The notes under the pieces are model-generated. The model saw only the letters and a program-made list of their open reading frames with translations. It had not been told where the DNA came from and did no database searches. From sequence record OM386656.1: 64,000 nt of DNA. One strand, 5' to 3'. The DNA is from Escherichia phage vB_EcoM_ESCO25. Made by a program: the position numbers and the translations under genes. Positions 1-11,900 of the stretch are shown piece by piece. Within the stretch, counting starts at the first letter, position 1. Each line of letters begins with the position of its first letter.

Positions 1-142
1 TCACTTCTTCGGGGGCCAACCTATTCCTGATCCTCCGGCTAAGTATCGTCCCAACTGGATCATCAATGGTAAAGAACCACGTTTAGCACATTACCCTCTC
101 ACAGATGATGGGTATCCTACGCACGGTGGGTTCAAAGGTAGC

Positions 143-2572
143 ATGATGACTTGGATTAACGGAAGGACTGTTATTCCTAAAGGTGCACCGCATTGGGGGG
201 AATACTTAGATAAAGCTTGGTTTGCTTTCAATGGCAATCTTGGTTGGAACTCCGTTAACGCAACAGTTTATGCAACTAACCCAGATGGTTCAACTAACTG
301 GAAAGAATATGGAGATCAGTGGGACGTTGAATGGATTATAGATCGTCTAGGACGTAAAGTTGATTGGGATGGTAACATTTTATCTACAGGGCACAGCTTC
401 GCAGAATATGGAACAGTGCAACTTAAAAATGCTTCTGTGAACGGTGATTATAAATTCAACTACGCTACATGCAACCCTGTAGAACACGGTGGATATCTGC
501 TTAAGCGTAATGAGATGTGGCATAACCGTCCTGTAAACGTTCCGGTAGAGTTAGGCTATCAAGATAATGCTTCCGATGCTGAAACGTGGTGGTGTGATGC
601 AAACTACTTGATGTATCAGATCACAGGAGAGAGAAAATACTGGCTTTGCTGGCAATCTTCTTTATTGTTGTGTCAAGACTACTCAAACATCGATATGTTT
701 GATAAATTCTTCCGTAGATCTACGACAGCAATAATTCCTTTTACAGATGGTATCTCGTATGATTACTCATACCCATCTACAGCAATACCTAAATATTCTC
801 GTGACGAATTAGGATATACAGTAATTCGCCAAGATGTTTCAGCACAAACAACTCTAGAACAACAGGCAGTTTGGTTCAGAGTGGATCAGAATTCAAAACT
901 GCGTATTGAGTTTCAAGGTGTAGATGATGCAGGGGAAGGTGTTCTTTTCCGTCCAGAGTTAGAATTAAGCAAGACTAAGAGTGAAACAGACACAGTGACA
1001 TATCGTTGTGGCTTACCTCTTGGTGCAGCTAATATGACTAAGATGGATATACCTTTATCTAGTTTTATGCGCACCGAACCTCCTGGAGGTGGTGTATATA
1101 TTATTGCTGAACCTAGAATCATTGTTGACTGGGGAAGCAATACTGTGATACAATATAAATATGCAACTGGTATTGCTGGGACAAATAGTGATCAGATAGT
1201 TTCTGCTAATATGGATTCAGATGGTGGTTTTACTATTGGATTTTGGTTAACACCAACTAAAACAGCCAATTTAAAATCTATTACCTATCGTTCATACGCA
1301 GATGATTTTAACATCACTATTACGGATTCCGCAGGTTGGAGATGGTGGGCCATGTTAGAAAAAACAAATTCTGCATGGGTTACTAAAGCTTTAAGTCCTG
1401 CTGATTTCAAATTAAGTACTTGGCAACCTAATCACAATGACACAGAGACAAAACCTTCGTCAATAAACCTGACTGCTGTTGATCAGATCAACATTGCATT
1501 GGATTCTGAACCTGCAAATGGCTTGACAGGGGCAATCGACTTTTATTGCGTTAACGATATCCCATCTTTGTATTCTTCAGCCGCTGGTGATGATTACACA
1601 ATGTATTTCAGGGTTACAGTTTCATCTGAAAATCCTTATACAGCAAAACTTGGAGATTGTACGATACTGGACTACAAACTTGATAGTTTGAATTATACTC
1701 CAGGAATCATTCCATTTTCCAATATCAGTGATCCTAACACAGCATTATATGATGGTTGGCGTGGTATTCCTTACCCAGGTTATCAATACCCATCCTTATA
1801 TTGTTTTAAAGGGAGAGATATTGATTGGGTTCGTATGAACAACAGTATAGACTTTTTATATGATTCACAAATGTGGTTTTATAATAAGTTTGCCCCTGTG
1901 ATGCCTGGGCCAATGGCACAAGCTTATGTTTGGGATCGTTGGGATGCTCATAAATACGGAAACAAGAATGAGTTCACAATGTATCATTGGAACGATAAAG
2001 CTTGGGATGGTTATGAAGCACGAGCATTCTTCTGTGCGTGTCATACAGTATACGAACTGAAGCAACGAGGAGCAGAAGTTCCTGCAAAACTTTTAACAGT
2101 TTGTAAAAACTGGATCAACTATTTGAAGTGGTTCCAAGATAACAACGAAGGAAGAACACCAACAATCTTTTATCCCAATGGAGAAGTGGCAGCACCTGTA
2201 GATGACTTTACAAGTCACATGTCTGCGCTATTTATGGCAGGATGTGCTATAATGGGAATGGCAGGATACGATACGGAAATTCCTAATATTAAAATAGTTG
2301 CAGACCGCTGTTTTGAACTTATTCAGGAAAACTATATTGTTCTTGGTCCTAATCACGTTATGAATGGTTGTTGGAGTGCTGCTCCTAGACCAGACAGTGA
2401 CAATGGAGTTTTCTTTGGCTTCCACGCCGGAGAGTTGTTACGTGGTTTTGGGTTGTATGCTTTATACAAAAAACTTAATCCCCAAAATGCATTACCTGTT
2501 TTGGATTCAAGCAATATTCCTGCACTTACTGTTTTGACAATGGCAAACATTAGTGTAGACGTTACCGAGTAA
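143..2572 (+). CDS. large virion structural protein (tail/baseplate-associated), 809 aa from first ATG
   Basis: Long ORF heading a co-directional tail-gene block; its frame is open back to window position 2, so the true start may lie upstream of the window; weak AAAGG 6 nt before ATG 143. Confidence 0.6.
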   Translation: MMTWINGRTVIPKGAPHWGEYLDKAWFAFNGNLGWNSVNATVYATNPDGSTNWKEYGDQWDVEWIIDRLGRKVDWDGNILSTGHSFAEYGTVQLKNASVNGDYKFNYATCNPVEHGGYLLKRNEMWHNRPVNVPVELGYQDNASDAETWWCDANYLMYQITGERKYWLCWQSSLLLCQDYSNIDMFDKFFRRSTTAIIPFTDGISYDYSYPSTAIPKYSRDELGYTVIRQDVSAQTTLEQQAVWFRVDQNSKLRIEFQGVDDAGEGVLFRPELELSKTKSETDTVTYRCGLPLGAANMTKMDIPLSSFMRTEPPGGGVYIIAEPRIIVDWGSNTVIQYKYATGIAGTNSDQIVSANMDSDGGFTIGFWLTPTKTANLKSITYRSYADDFNITITDSAGWRWWAMLEKTNSAWVTKALSPADFKLSTWQPNHNDTETKPSSINLTAVDQINIALDSEPANGLTGAIDFYCVNDIPSLYSSAAGDDYTMYFRVTVSSENPYTAKLGDCTILDYKLDSLNYTPGIIPFSNISDPNTALYDGWRGIPYPGYQYPSLYCFKGRDIDWVRMNNSIDFLYDSQMWFYNKFAPVMPGPMAQAYVWDRWDAHKYGNKNEFTMYHWNDKAWDGYEARAFFCACHTVYELKQRGAEVPAKLLTVCKNWINYLKWFQDNNEGRTPTIFYPNGEVAAPVDDFTSHMSALFMAGCAIMGMAGYDTEIPNIKIVADRCFELIQENYIVLGPNHVMNGCWSAAPRPDSDNGVFFGFHAGELLRGFGLYALYKKLNPQNALPVLDSSNIPALTVLTMANISVDVTE

Positions 2573-2580
2573 GGAGTAAA

Positions 2581-4644
2581 ATGAAACAAGCTATATTTAC
2601 TGTCACGCGAGACAAGAGAGTAAATGCGAGTTCATTTAACTACACGACTGTTGATGGAACAGCAGTCGCTGGTAGAGATTATATTGCAAAATCGGGAACA
2701 CTTGTGTTCCCTGATGATGCAGATTCTGCTACCATTGTGGTTGAAGTATTTGAACGACCAAAGAACTCAATAGATCTTAACTTCTCCCTCCAAGTTTCAG
2801 GGATTAGTCAAAATAATATGATGGTTGAAACAACTATCAATTGTATTATAACTACGATCCAAGAAAACACTACTCCAATAACTTGGGCCACAAAAGACGT
2901 TAAAATGTTCTCTCCTATGTATTGGACAATAGATTCTCAAGCAACGGAAAGTTGTTCTATTGTATCTCATGGAGACTCTTTTACTGCAAGATTTGTAAAC
3001 AGAACAGCAGCAGGTTTGGCAGGGGTTATCTGGAGCACAGTGGACAAATATGACCATAAAGGTGTTGGATATTTACCTCACACAGACTTAAGTTCAGAGA
3101 AACTTTGGTTTAAAATGGAAATTAGTCAAAATATGCCAGGTTTTAAAGAAGAACCTTTGGTGCCAACTTTGACTGTAACTCTCTTGGATAAAAGCGTCCA
3201 CTATGTTAGTTTAGGATTTTATGCTTCAGATATTTCAGAAGATGGTAAAACAGCCACAATCAAATTAGATTTTGGTAATATCTTTTCTGGTCCTAATAAC
3301 GATATTCCTTTGGACATGAGTGCTGTAGATAATATTTTCTTCTCTTTGATTACAGCAAGGTATGAAGAAATAGAAGAGATTGTGCCTATTGATAGTCAAG
3401 AGGCTTCGTTTACTTTCACTCTTCTTGAACCTACTTCTGGTTATAGCATGATGAAAGTCAGCAACCTTGTCCAGCCTGAACATGATATTCGTATGTGCAC
3501 ATCTTATGATGATATGTATAACCTGACTCCAGAAAGAGTTATTTATAATACATATGCGCTAGGTTATCGTGGGATGATTAACCATTATAACGGAATGTCC
3601 CATTATTATGAGTTCTCATGGAATGGAACATCTTGGGCTTTAAATAGATCTGTCTTCCTGAATCCTGCTACAGAAGCTTGGCTAAATAGTTTCCATTCTA
3701 TAGCAAACGAGAAGGGCTACACAATAATGAACTCTTTAAGTTTTGAATTGATGAGCACAGTTTGTCCTGTAGAATGGGTCCAGCATGATTGGAACGATGC
3801 TCTTGCAGCAACAGGGTATGAACCTCCTAGTTATGTGTTGTCTCCAACTATTGACGAAGGTATGGAATATTTGCAAAATGTTATTAATAAAATAGCATCT
3901 ATTTCGCAAGCTAATAATATTCCAGTTGTCATTCAAATTGGTGAGCCTTGGTGGTGGTATAATACAGCAAGTAAAATGCCTTGTATATATGATTACACTA
4001 CCAAACTGGCATTCAATACAGAAACAGGCTTATTTGCACAAGATGCAGGAACAATAGATAATTATAAAACAGGAACACCGTTTGACGAATACTATGCATT
4101 TTTGTCTCGTAAACTAGGATTAAGAGTTACAAAGTTTGCAACAGATACTAGAGCAACTTATCCAGGAGCTAAAGTAACATTACTTCCATTCTTACCATCA
4201 ATTATTGGCAACGGTTTGATGGAGAAAGTTAACTTTCCGTCTGATTACTACATTCCTGAAGCTTTTGATTTTTACTGTTCGGAGTGTTACGACTGGCTTC
4301 TGGAAGGTAAAATGATGAAAGCATTTGATGCAATTACCATACCACATGAAAAATTAGGTTTTGAATATTCTGATATTCACTATCTTTCAGGTTTTGTTCC
4401 AGATGCTACTCTTGCACCTTTGTATGGCTTCGATCCTGAATCAAACTACCGAACGTATCTTTGGAAAATGATTATAGGCAATATAGTATTGAACGCCAAC
4501 AAGTTTGACGGGCTTACACAATATATATGGGCCTATCCTCAAATAATGCACGATTCAATCACGGTAGTTAATTCTCAATCCCAAGTGTTCTATATGGGTA
4601 ACGTGCCTTTGAACGTTTATTTACAGGATACAGTATATGCCTAA
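2581..4644 (+). CDS. structural protein with N-terminal Calx-beta-like domain
   Basis: 687-aa ORF, SD GTAAGGAG before ATG; N-terminus YTTVDGTAVAGRDYIAKSGTLVFPDDADSATIVVEV resembles Calx-beta signature. Confidence 0.6.
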   Translation: MKQAIFTVTRDKRVNASSFNYTTVDGTAVAGRDYIAKSGTLVFPDDADSATIVVEVFERPKNSIDLNFSLQVSGISQNNMMVETTINCIITTIQENTTPITWATKDVKMFSPMYWTIDSQATESCSIVSHGDSFTARFVNRTAAGLAGVIWSTVDKYDHKGVGYLPHTDLSSEKLWFKMEISQNMPGFKEEPLVPTLTVTLLDKSVHYVSLGFYASDISEDGKTATIKLDFGNIFSGPNNDIPLDMSAVDNIFFSLITARYEEIEEIVPIDSQEASFTFTLLEPTSGYSMMKVSNLVQPEHDIRMCTSYDDMYNLTPERVIYNTYALGYRGMINHYNGMSHYYEFSWNGTSWALNRSVFLNPATEAWLNSFHSIANEKGYTIMNSLSFELMSTVCPVEWVQHDWNDALAATGYEPPSYVLSPTIDEGMEYLQNVINKIASISQANNIPVVIQIGEPWWWYNTASKMPCIYDYTTKLAFNTETGLFAQDAGTIDNYKTGTPFDEYYAFLSRKLGLRVTKFATDTRATYPGAKVTLLPFLPSIIGNGLMEKVNFPSDYYIPEAFDFYCSECYDWLLEGKMMKAFDAITIPHEKLGFEYSDIHYLSGFVPDATLAPLYGFDPESNYRTYLWKMIIGNIVLNANKFDGLTQYIWAYPQIMHDSITVVNSQSQVFYMGNVPLNVYLQDTVYA

Positions 4645-4897
4645 AGAAAGTGGTTTTAAAAAATTTATTCGCGGAATGTTCTGCACTTACCCTGGCAACG
4701 GGGTAAGCTCTACAAAAGTCTGGAACGCTGTAGGTATGTCTGTTATGACAGGCATGTTTATCTTTTTAGGGATAGAAAAAGAAATTCCTGAATGGATGGG
4801 TTGGGCTTTTGTTTTCATGATAACACCTTCTCGCCTCATGAAAAATCTTATTGATTTACGTTGGGGCAGATCACAATCTACCAAAGAGGACGACTAA
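4637..4897 (+). CDS. small hydrophobic protein (uncertain)
   Basis: 86-aa ORF overlapping upstream stop by 8 nt; hydrophobic stretch; no clear SD. Confidence 0.3.
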   Translation: MPKESGFKKFIRGMFCTYPGNGVSSTKVWNAVGMSVMTGMFIFLGIEKEIPEWMGWAFVFMITPSRLMKNLIDLRWGRSQSTKEDD

Positions 4898-6384
4898 TGG
4901 ATGAATATGGTTTGACAGATGCGGGATTTGTAATCCCTACTTTTGACGATGTTCTAAACAACTATATGACAGCAGTAAAAAATACATTTGGTGCAGATGC
5001 AGCCACTTCGGAAGACACTGTGATCGGGCAACTGTTTAGAATAATTGCATATACAGATTACACATTGTGGGAAGGTATGCAAGGAGTTTATAACACTCAA
5101 ACACTTGATGGTGCAGAAGGTATCTATCTTGACGAAATCTTTTCTAAGCGTGGTTTCTATAGAGCAGGGGCAGCAGCAAGTACAGGTTATGCATATGTTA
5201 AGAGTAATAACAAAGCAGCTTGGACTTATGAGCTAGGCACTGATATTTACTTCAACTCTGACAGTGATATGAACTACTATGTTAGCACACCAACCATGTT
5301 GAATGCTAAGATTGCAGCTTATCAAATATCTCGTGCTAATGCAACTGCTACAGGTGTTCCAAATATTACTTTTTATGCACAAAGTGCGGTAGACGGAGGA
5401 CTAAACAGTAAAACACTTGCCCCTGGTTCTTCTACATTTATAACCGATCTTGAAACTTTTATCAAGGCAAACTTAACAGAAGCTGATCGTAGTCTTGTAT
5501 TTTCTGATTCTGGTAACTTGTCAATTGGTTTTACTTCTTTAACTAGTGAGACTCCAGTTGGACTGGTAACGCCTATCAAATTTTATGCCAGTGTTCCGGT
5601 TGGGACCAAATGGAGTGAGATTCCAGTGGTTGCAGCAGAGAAAGGTTATAATCCGGTGGGTGTAGAGTCCATTACAGGTATCTCATCTACCTTTACAGGT
5701 TATCTGGATAGTGGTAACTTCTATTCGTTTTCTCCTGGTCGAGACGTTGAGACAGACGCAGAATTCCGCTCTCGTTTCAATGACAACGTTGATGAAGCTA
5801 ACGCAGGGACACGAGCAGCTATTGTGAAAGCACTACTGCTTACAGATGGTGTCACTAAGGTGAAGATTTATGATAACCCTACGTTACATGATCAAGAACA
5901 CGCTCCAGCTATGACTTTCCAGACTATAGTTTATGGTGGCAGTGCAGAAGAAATTGCAAATGTTATCTATAAAACCAAACCAATCAACACTTTGACACAC
6001 GGAACAACTAACATAACAGTTACAACAGAAGATGGAGGACAAGAAATTATTCGCTTCTCTCCTGGTGCTTCTGCTATGTATTCCGTAAAACTTGTTTATC
6101 AAACTGTCAACGGAACAACTTTAAGTGGAACAGAAAAACAAAACATCGTAGAAGCTTTACAAAACCTGCAAGCTTACTTTGAGTTAGGTTCTTCAGTAAC
6201 AAACGATCAAATCAAAGGTGTTATTTATGCAGCACTTGCTTTTGGACGCTTGACTTCTCTTCGTGTTTATGTTAAACTTAATACTGAGGATGACAGTAAA
6301 TATACAGAGAATAATATAGTTCCTGCTTATAATGTTGTCCCTTCTTTTGACCTTGATAACATTTCTTACGAGTATGGAGTGTAA
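4897..6384 (+). CDS. baseplate J-like (baseplate wedge) protein
   Basis: 495 aa from ATG 4897 (TAATG overlap with upstream stop, SD AAAGAGGA); N-terminal GLTDAGFVIPTFDDVLNNY resembles baseplate J family (by memory, not searched). Confidence 0.55.
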   Translation: MDEYGLTDAGFVIPTFDDVLNNYMTAVKNTFGADAATSEDTVIGQLFRIIAYTDYTLWEGMQGVYNTQTLDGAEGIYLDEIFSKRGFYRAGAAASTGYAYVKSNNKAAWTYELGTDIYFNSDSDMNYYVSTPTMLNAKIAAYQISRANATATGVPNITFYAQSAVDGGLNSKTLAPGSSTFITDLETFIKANLTEADRSLVFSDSGNLSIGFTSLTSETPVGLVTPIKFYASVPVGTKWSEIPVVAAEKGYNPVGVESITGISSTFTGYLDSGNFYSFSPGRDVETDAEFRSRFNDNVDEANAGTRAAIVKALLLTDGVTKVKIYDNPTLHDQEHAPAMTFQTIVYGGSAEEIANVIYKTKPINTLTHGTTNITVTTEDGGQEIIRFSPGASAMYSVKLVYQTVNGTTLSGTEKQNIVEALQNLQAYFELGSSVTNDQIKGVIYAALAFGRLTSLRVYVKLNTEDDSKYTENNIVPAYNVVPSFDLDNISYEYGV

Positions 6385-6386
6385 AA

Positions 6387-7016
6387 ATGGCAGTGAGTGT
6401 TGACCATGTAACAACTTGGGCCAGTATCAATGAAGACGTTAAAAACCTTCTGATTGAAGATTTTAAATCTTCTCCTAACATTGTCAAGCTCCTCTACATC
6501 GTATCCAGTGAAAAGCAAAAGATAGATCAGGCAATGATCTATCTTGCTAAACACCGCTTGATCTCCACAGCCACAGGCAAATACCTAGATATTCTAGGGG
6601 AAGAAATGGGGATCGAACGTAATGGCTCTGATGATGAAGAGTATAGAACAATATTAAAAATCAGGGCTTACCGCGTAGCCTCATCGGGGACTCGTGGTGA
6701 CATAATTGATATCTTCGCCCGTTTCACAGGAACAGAGCGTGAAACGCTTAATACTTACGTAGGTTTGAATAAAACCTTTGATGTGTTTTTCTACAACCTG
6801 TGTCTTCAATCTGATCAAGCTTTAGAGCAGTTGCTAAGTGTTTTCCCTATTATTAGTAGCTACCGTCTTGGAGCAAAAGCAGGATCAGCTTTTGGTTTTA
6901 GTTCTTATTATGCTACCAAACCGCCTCATGGTATTGGTGGTTTAGGTTCCCTGTACATGGAATCTACTGGGGATGAAACAGGACGCATGTGTACGCTTCT
7001 CAAGCAAATAGATTAA
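6387..7016 (+). CDS. hypothetical baseplate/tail protein
   Basis: 209-aa ORF tightly coupled to baseplate J-like gene. Confidence 0.5.
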   Translation: MAVSVDHVTTWASINEDVKNLLIEDFKSSPNIVKLLYIVSSEKQKIDQAMIYLAKHRLISTATGKYLDILGEEMGIERNGSDDEEYRTILKIRAYRVASSGTRGDIIDIFARFTGTERETLNTYVGLNKTFDVFFYNLCLQSDQALEQLLSVFPIISSYRLGAKAGSAFGFSSYYATKPPHGIGGLGSLYMESTGDETGRMCTLLKQID

Positions 7017-7025
7017 GGAGTTTAA

Positions 7026-8087
7026 ATGGCGAAGCCAATATATTATCCTGACTGGGCTACACAAACTGTAACGCTCCCAGGAACTTTAAACACAAACAAA
7101 ATTAGACCTAAAGAAACCATCCGCACAGTTGGTATGGATTATGGTCAAATCATGACTTGCGAAGAAATGAACTGGATTCTTAATAATATCGGTTTATGGA
7201 TTCGCTATTTGGTGGATGACTTTCTTCCAACTTTACCTAATACCTACTTGCCTTTAGTGGGAACTAAGATTACAATGGCAGGTGATGCTACTGGTGAGGC
7301 TACTTGGAACGGTAACAAAGAAGTTACTTTATCTATCCAGGTTCAAGATAACAGTCATAATCACTTGTCGGCAAACATTACGGATGCCACTAGTTCAACA
7401 GTAACACCAAACGTGTTGGTAAAACGTGATGCGGGTGGTGCTATTTATGGTGGTGATGTTTATGTTAACGGTACTTCCACAACAGATCCTGCAACACTGT
7501 TCTTCAAAAACTTTGCAGGACAAACGAATGGTGAGATTTCTGCCGAGTATCAAAGCGGAGGTCAGCTTTACATCTATCGTAGAAATCCTAGCACAGGTAG
7601 TGTATCGGCAGGTGTTCGTTTATATGATGCAGGTTATGTTCTAATAGATAATCCAAGATCAAACAGTGGACAAGACACTTCTAACGGAAATGCTTTAGTT
7701 CGTTTAGATTATCTGAACTCTCGTTTGACTTCCCTTCAGAATACATTGCAGACGAATATTAACACTGTTCAAAACAACTTGAATAATGTTAACAACAACC
7801 TCTCTTCTCGTATAAACAATGTAGAAAGTAATCATCAAAGTCAGATTACAAATAACTACAACTATGCTAACGGAACCTTTGTAAGAGATATTCGTTATAC
7901 TAGCCAAGGTGTGTATTATCCACCAGGGAACGAGGTTTCTTGGACTTATATCTGTTCTTCTGGTTATGTTCTTTCTGGTATTATCGTACAGGAAACAGGA
8001 CGTAGCTCTGCGGATAACATCGGTGGGGTTTACTTCAAACGCCTCCAGCGCAACGTTAACGGAAACTGGTACGATATTGGAGGCTAA
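7026..8087 (+). CDS. tail fibre/baseplate protein with Asn/Gln/Leu-rich coiled-coil segment
   Basis: 353-aa ORF, SD TAAGGAG; heptad-like NALVRLDYLNSRLTSLQNTLQTNINTVQNNLNNV region. Confidence 0.55.
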   Translation: MAKPIYYPDWATQTVTLPGTLNTNKIRPKETIRTVGMDYGQIMTCEEMNWILNNIGLWIRYLVDDFLPTLPNTYLPLVGTKITMAGDATGEATWNGNKEVTLSIQVQDNSHNHLSANITDATSSTVTPNVLVKRDAGGAIYGGDVYVNGTSTTDPATLFFKNFAGQTNGEISAEYQSGGQLYIYRRNPSTGSVSAGVRLYDAGYVLIDNPRSNSGQDTSNGNALVRLDYLNSRLTSLQNTLQTNINTVQNNLNNVNNNLSSRINNVESNHQSQITNNYNYANGTFVRDIRYTSQGVYYPPGNEVSWTYICSSGYVLSGIIVQETGRSSADNIGGVYFKRLQRNVNGNWYDIGG

Positions 8088-8633
8088 ATGATATTTACAA
8101 ACTTTAAAAAATATATTCCTGAAGACCCTGAACTAAAAGAATTGGTAGAAGCAGAGAACATTCTTTTTCTTCGTTGCGATCAAGGTTACGATTGGTATGA
8201 TTTACGTAGCACAGAATTCAATAACGATAAAATGAAAGTCGTTTTTGATGATCAAAATCGTATTGTGTTTTGGAATACTGATCCTACACTACTTTGCCCT
8301 GAAGATCTTTCTATAGCACAAGTAGACTTTAACATAGATACTTTTGAGGATATTAGGAACAAGGTTCTGGATTTAGAAACCTTAACTCTTAAGAATAAAG
8401 AGTATTCCCGTGAAGAGTTGATGACACAAGCTAGTGCAAAAATTCGCTCTTTACAAGAAACAGCGGTAGCACTTATAACACCTTTACAGTATGCTAAAGA
8501 TTTAGAAATGGCTACTGAAGACGAATTAGCTTATCTTAAAAATCTTCAAGTTTATGTAGTTAAACTAAATCGTGTTCCGCTTCAAAAAGACTATCCTTAC
8601 GCTATAGATTGGCCTACATTACCGACAGAATAA
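8088..8633 (+). CDS. hypothetical structural/assembly protein
   Basis: 181-aa ORF, start abuts upstream stop (TAAATG). Confidence 0.5.
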   Translation: MIFTNFKKYIPEDPELKELVEAENILFLRCDQGYDWYDLRSTEFNNDKMKVVFDDQNRIVFWNTDPTLLCPEDLSIAQVDFNIDTFEDIRNKVLDLETLTLKNKEYSREELMTQASAKIRSLQETAVALITPLQYAKDLEMATEDELAYLKNLQVYVVKLNRVPLQKDYPYAIDWPTLPTE

Positions 8634-8642
8634 GGGATCACT

Positions 8643-8978
8643 ATGGAATTTCAAGAAGCATGGGGACTTGCAAAGGATGCAATAATCCCTTTAATCGGAG
8701 TCATCTGGTTCTTTTTCAAACAAAAAATGGATAAATTCGGCTCTGATCTTGAGGAAATGGAGGAGAAAAGTCGAGAGCTAGAGAAGAAGTTGGTCTTTGT
8801 TGAATCAACTTATGCAACTAAAGCCGAACTTACCCAGATGCTAAATCAAATTAACTCTACATTAATGGCAAATAATAACACTCTTGAGCAAAAAATTGAA
8901 AAGATTATGGACCTCAAGAATGCGACTATCCAAATGATGCTAGATGACATAGTTAAACGTACACAGAATAAGGGGTAA
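8643..8978 (+). CDS. small protein with N-terminal TM helix and coiled coil
   Basis: 111-aa ORF; IIPLIGVIWFFF hydrophobic segment then charged helical region. Confidence 0.5.
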   Translation: MEFQEAWGLAKDAIIPLIGVIWFFFKQKMDKFGSDLEEMEEKSRELEKKLVFVESTYATKAELTQMLNQINSTLMANNNTLEQKIEKIMDLKNATIQMMLDDIVKRTQNKG

Positions 8979-8981
8979 TTA

Positions 8982-11900
8982 ATGGCAACATTCCCAACAT
9001 ATCCAGCAACGTCTCTCGAACAGGGCGTAGACCTGGTTATTTTCTCATCTAACCAACTCCATGATGTTATTAATGGAAGTGCTACAGAGAGTATTGAAAC
9101 AGAATCAGGGTTGATACCAACCCTGAGAAAAGCCCTTGTTGACAACTTTTTCTTTAAAAGCCCATTGGATTGGGCGCAAGGCACAAACGAAACAGTTTTT
9201 AACCAACTTCGTTATTTCCAGAATGGAGTGTTGAGTGGTTATTACTATGCGCCTAATGCTACACTGGTAAACCCAATTCCTATGCAAGGGACTCCAGTAG
9301 GAGATAACAACTGGGTATTGTGGGGACTGAAGACAGAACAACTAGCAACAGAAGTCACCCCTTGGGTATATTCTGGTGCAACTGGTTATGAAACAGTAAT
9401 CAGTCCTCCCTACATCTTTGATAGTGCTATTGTTACAATCAATGGTGTTATTCAGGTTCTGGGAGAAGCTTTCCGCATAGAAGATAGTAAAATCATTTTA
9501 TCTGAACCTTTGGGACATGATCCTGCAACAGGACTGCCAAACAAGCTTTTTGCCTATATTGGTAAAATCGTAGCTTCCGCAGATACAGATCCTAACTTAG
9601 AAAACCGTCTTGTCAGTTTAGAAACAAAAACTGAAGAACTGACAGAAAGCATGGATAAAGTACCTTTACAAACTATTGCTCGTAAATACGGTTTGTTGGA
9701 TGATGAAGTAGCTTACGCAACAGCGGGTCAATCATTAACAGGGATTAAAGCTCTGTATGATCCAGTAGCACAATCTTCCTACACATTGCCTCCTAACATC
9801 ACAGGGACTTTAACATCTTTGTCTGTTTCTGGAGTAATGACTTATTCTGGCGGATCTGTAGATCTTTCTGCATTAGCTGTTGAACGTGGACAGTTTGTTC
9901 ATTTGCCTACAAGCTTTGGTAATAATGTAACTCTGACAGCTAAAAATCAGACGATTGGGCGTGGCGCTGGTCGCTATCGTTGGGCGGGAAGTTTACCAAA
10001 AAGTATTTTAGCTTCGGATACATTGGAAACAAGTGGTGGATTAGGTCCAAATGCATGGGTTCTAACTAATACAGAAGGACTGTTAACCCCTCGTGGTGGA
10101 ACATACAACGATTTATTCGATGTTGTTCACTTGTCAGAATTTGCTAACAATACAACTACCTATACCACACCAGAAGCAGCTTTCCAGGCGGCACTGTTAG
10201 CAGCAAAAGCTTCGAAAAGTAAGATTCTCGACGCTTACGGTTGCGATATGACTTTCACGACAAGCTCTTTTGATATTCAAGATATCACTTTGCGTGGGGG
10301 TGTGTTCCGTGGTCAACGCGACTATCGTGTGCAAAATGCTACAGTAGAAGGCACAACTTTCCGTAACTCTCGTGTTATGTATTGGGGTGGTGCTGTGCGC
10401 ATGTTCGATTGTTTGTGGGACGGTGCTCCTCGCGCAGGTCAAGTTGGTAGCTTGGTATTCCAAGGCAACCCAATATCAGGTACTTTTGAAATTGATAATT
10501 GTACTTTTAAAAATGGGTTATATGGCATCCTTCAACAAGGAACAGGGGAACCAGTAACACGCGGTGTCTTCCGTAACCTTACCTTCATGGATATGCAAGG
10601 TGATGCAATAGAACTGAACGTCATCAATAAACATTACGATGATGGTTGTGTGATTGAGAATATTTACCTGTCTAATATCGATGGGACTAACGCTCCTATT
10701 CCTCTGTCCAACTGGGGTATCGGTATTGGTGTAGCTGGTAAAGGACCATATGGTTACGGAATCCCTGACGATCAATATTGCAAGAATATTACAATTCGTA
10801 ACGTTTTTGCAAAACGTTGTCGTCAGATTGTCCACGTAGAAGTTGGTCGTAATATTTCTATCGAAAACATTCATGGCGATCCAGATCAAACTGTATCTGT
10901 TGGGACAGGTTTGGCAACTGGCGCAGTTGTAATGTATGGAAGTAAAGATTTTACGATTGATGGTGTTTATGGAGAGCCTAAAACAGACGGTAGCACACTT
11001 GCAAGTAATATCCGTATGATTTATTTGGAGTGGGGAACTAACGCAGTTCTGGACGAAGAGGGTAATCCGGTAGTTCCGGCACAGGGCAGACCTTCAAACC
11101 CATGCTTTAACTATTCTGTTCGTAACATTCACACCAAAACTGGGCGTGTTTTTGCAGGAGTTTCCGCTGGGCCAGGTTATGAAAACAGAGTCAGCTTTGA
11201 GAATATCCGTTGTGCTGCGTTGCAGTTGTTCGGTGTAGCTTCTTGGCTTTCAATGTCTAACATCACCTGTAATATCTTTGATTGTGTTGGTCAACCTGAA
11301 TCTGGTCCAGGAACATTTTATGATGGATTCTTCCGTAGAGAAAAATCTGTTCTTGAGATGGTTAACGTAAACTGTTACCCAGATGGCAAGACTATGGTTA
11401 CTGGTCGCCCACAGTGGAGCCGTTGCCGTTACTCTGATATTCATCGTGTCAACTGTAATGTTGAAGCTAATATGTATACCAATATCGCAGGTGGTATTGG
11501 AGCTATTGTAGGGACAACTGGCAAAGTTTATTACTTAGAGCCTAACCCTAGCCGAAACATTGATGGGATGCATTTCCCAACAGGGAAGGAGTTTGACAAA
11601 GGGGATATGATAGTCAAAGCGGATAATACGTTCTTCCTTGTAACAACAAGTGGGGCATACATTCCAGATATCCCAGCTTTCGGTATTCGAGCTACACAAG
11701 CAGGAGATACCTTCCTGACACAGAACTTGACTCCTAATGGGACAGCAACAAACGCTTCTTGGTTGTATCACTATCCTCTGTCAGCAGGAACACGTATCCG
11801 TATTCCTGGTGCTGGTGTAGGTGGAGCAGATTTGGACACAGTTATTACTCGTGCACCTTATCAAGATAATGATACGTGGACTAACCCAGTTAAAATAGAC